Assembly: GCA_051530055.1 (NCBI GenBank)
Contig: JBMGUZ010000054.1
Coordinates: forward strand, 1-19,447
Reading direction: 5' to 3'
From: Neoechinorhynchus agilis
Lineage: Eukaryota; Animalia; Acanthocephala
DNA length: 19,447 nucleotides
Shown here: piece after piece, positions 19,205-19,447 of the stretch
Numbering within the stretch: the first letter of the stretch is position 1
Layout of the letters: every line of letters starts with the position of its first letter
Translations under genes and position numbers: made by a program
Notes under the pieces: generated by a model
What the model was told of the DNA's origin: nothing
Databases searched by the model: none
The model's input: the letters and a program-made list of their open reading frames with translations, nothing else

Positions 19205-19447
19205 CAATAATCACATTCCCCCGGTACCTCACATATCGTCATTTCTTGGAATTATTGTTTAGGTCTACACCCGGTAATCCGACGAGGTCCACAGAACGTC
19301 TTTTTAATCGAAAAGAAATCATTCACCGCGAATGAAGACTTCTAAACAATAATTCCAATAATCACATTCCCCCGGTACCTCACATATCGTCATTTCTTGG
19401 AATTATTGTTTAGGTCTACACCCGGTAATCCGACGAGGTCCACAGAA
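19135..19447 (+). repeat. Tandem array D, 151-bp monomer, truncated by the window end
   Basis: GGTC(CACAGAA) recurs at 19135, 19286 and 19437. The two full copies look identical. Each contains the perfect 17-bp inverted repeat CTAAACAATAATTCCAA / TTGGAATTATTGTTTAG. Confidence 0.95.

Noticed and set aside
19278-19360. Hammerhead-like core in array D (CCGACGAG...CGAAA...UUC)
   Set aside because: The core has C at the conserved U4 position, stem II is only ~3 bp, and stem I would be separated from the core by 17 nt. An Infernal search would be needed to revive it.

Overview
AT-rich eukaryotic genomic DNA, not a prokaryotic operon. CpG is not visibly depleted and the acceptor-like sites look nematode-like; the taxon is an inference. 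The one confidently coding feature is an intronless, divergent TBP-family gene of the TRF2/TBPL1/TLF type (11043-12077, +), wedged between two unrelated satellite arrays. Roughly half the window is tandem repeats: a ~320-530 bp complex repeat (2978-4345), 3 x 88 bp (6354-6613), ~16.5 x 205/220 bp (7325-10788), ~4.5 x 251 bp (12259-13380), ~12 x 265 bp (14511-17755) and a 151 bp array running off the right end. The most striking unexplained pattern is that three unrelated arrays each have an inverted copy of their monomer just to their left, at different divergence levels. Some monomers also appear to derive from protein-coding sequence. Nearly all short ORFs in the track are repeat shadows. 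Alignments and identity estimates were made by eye; no database search was possible.
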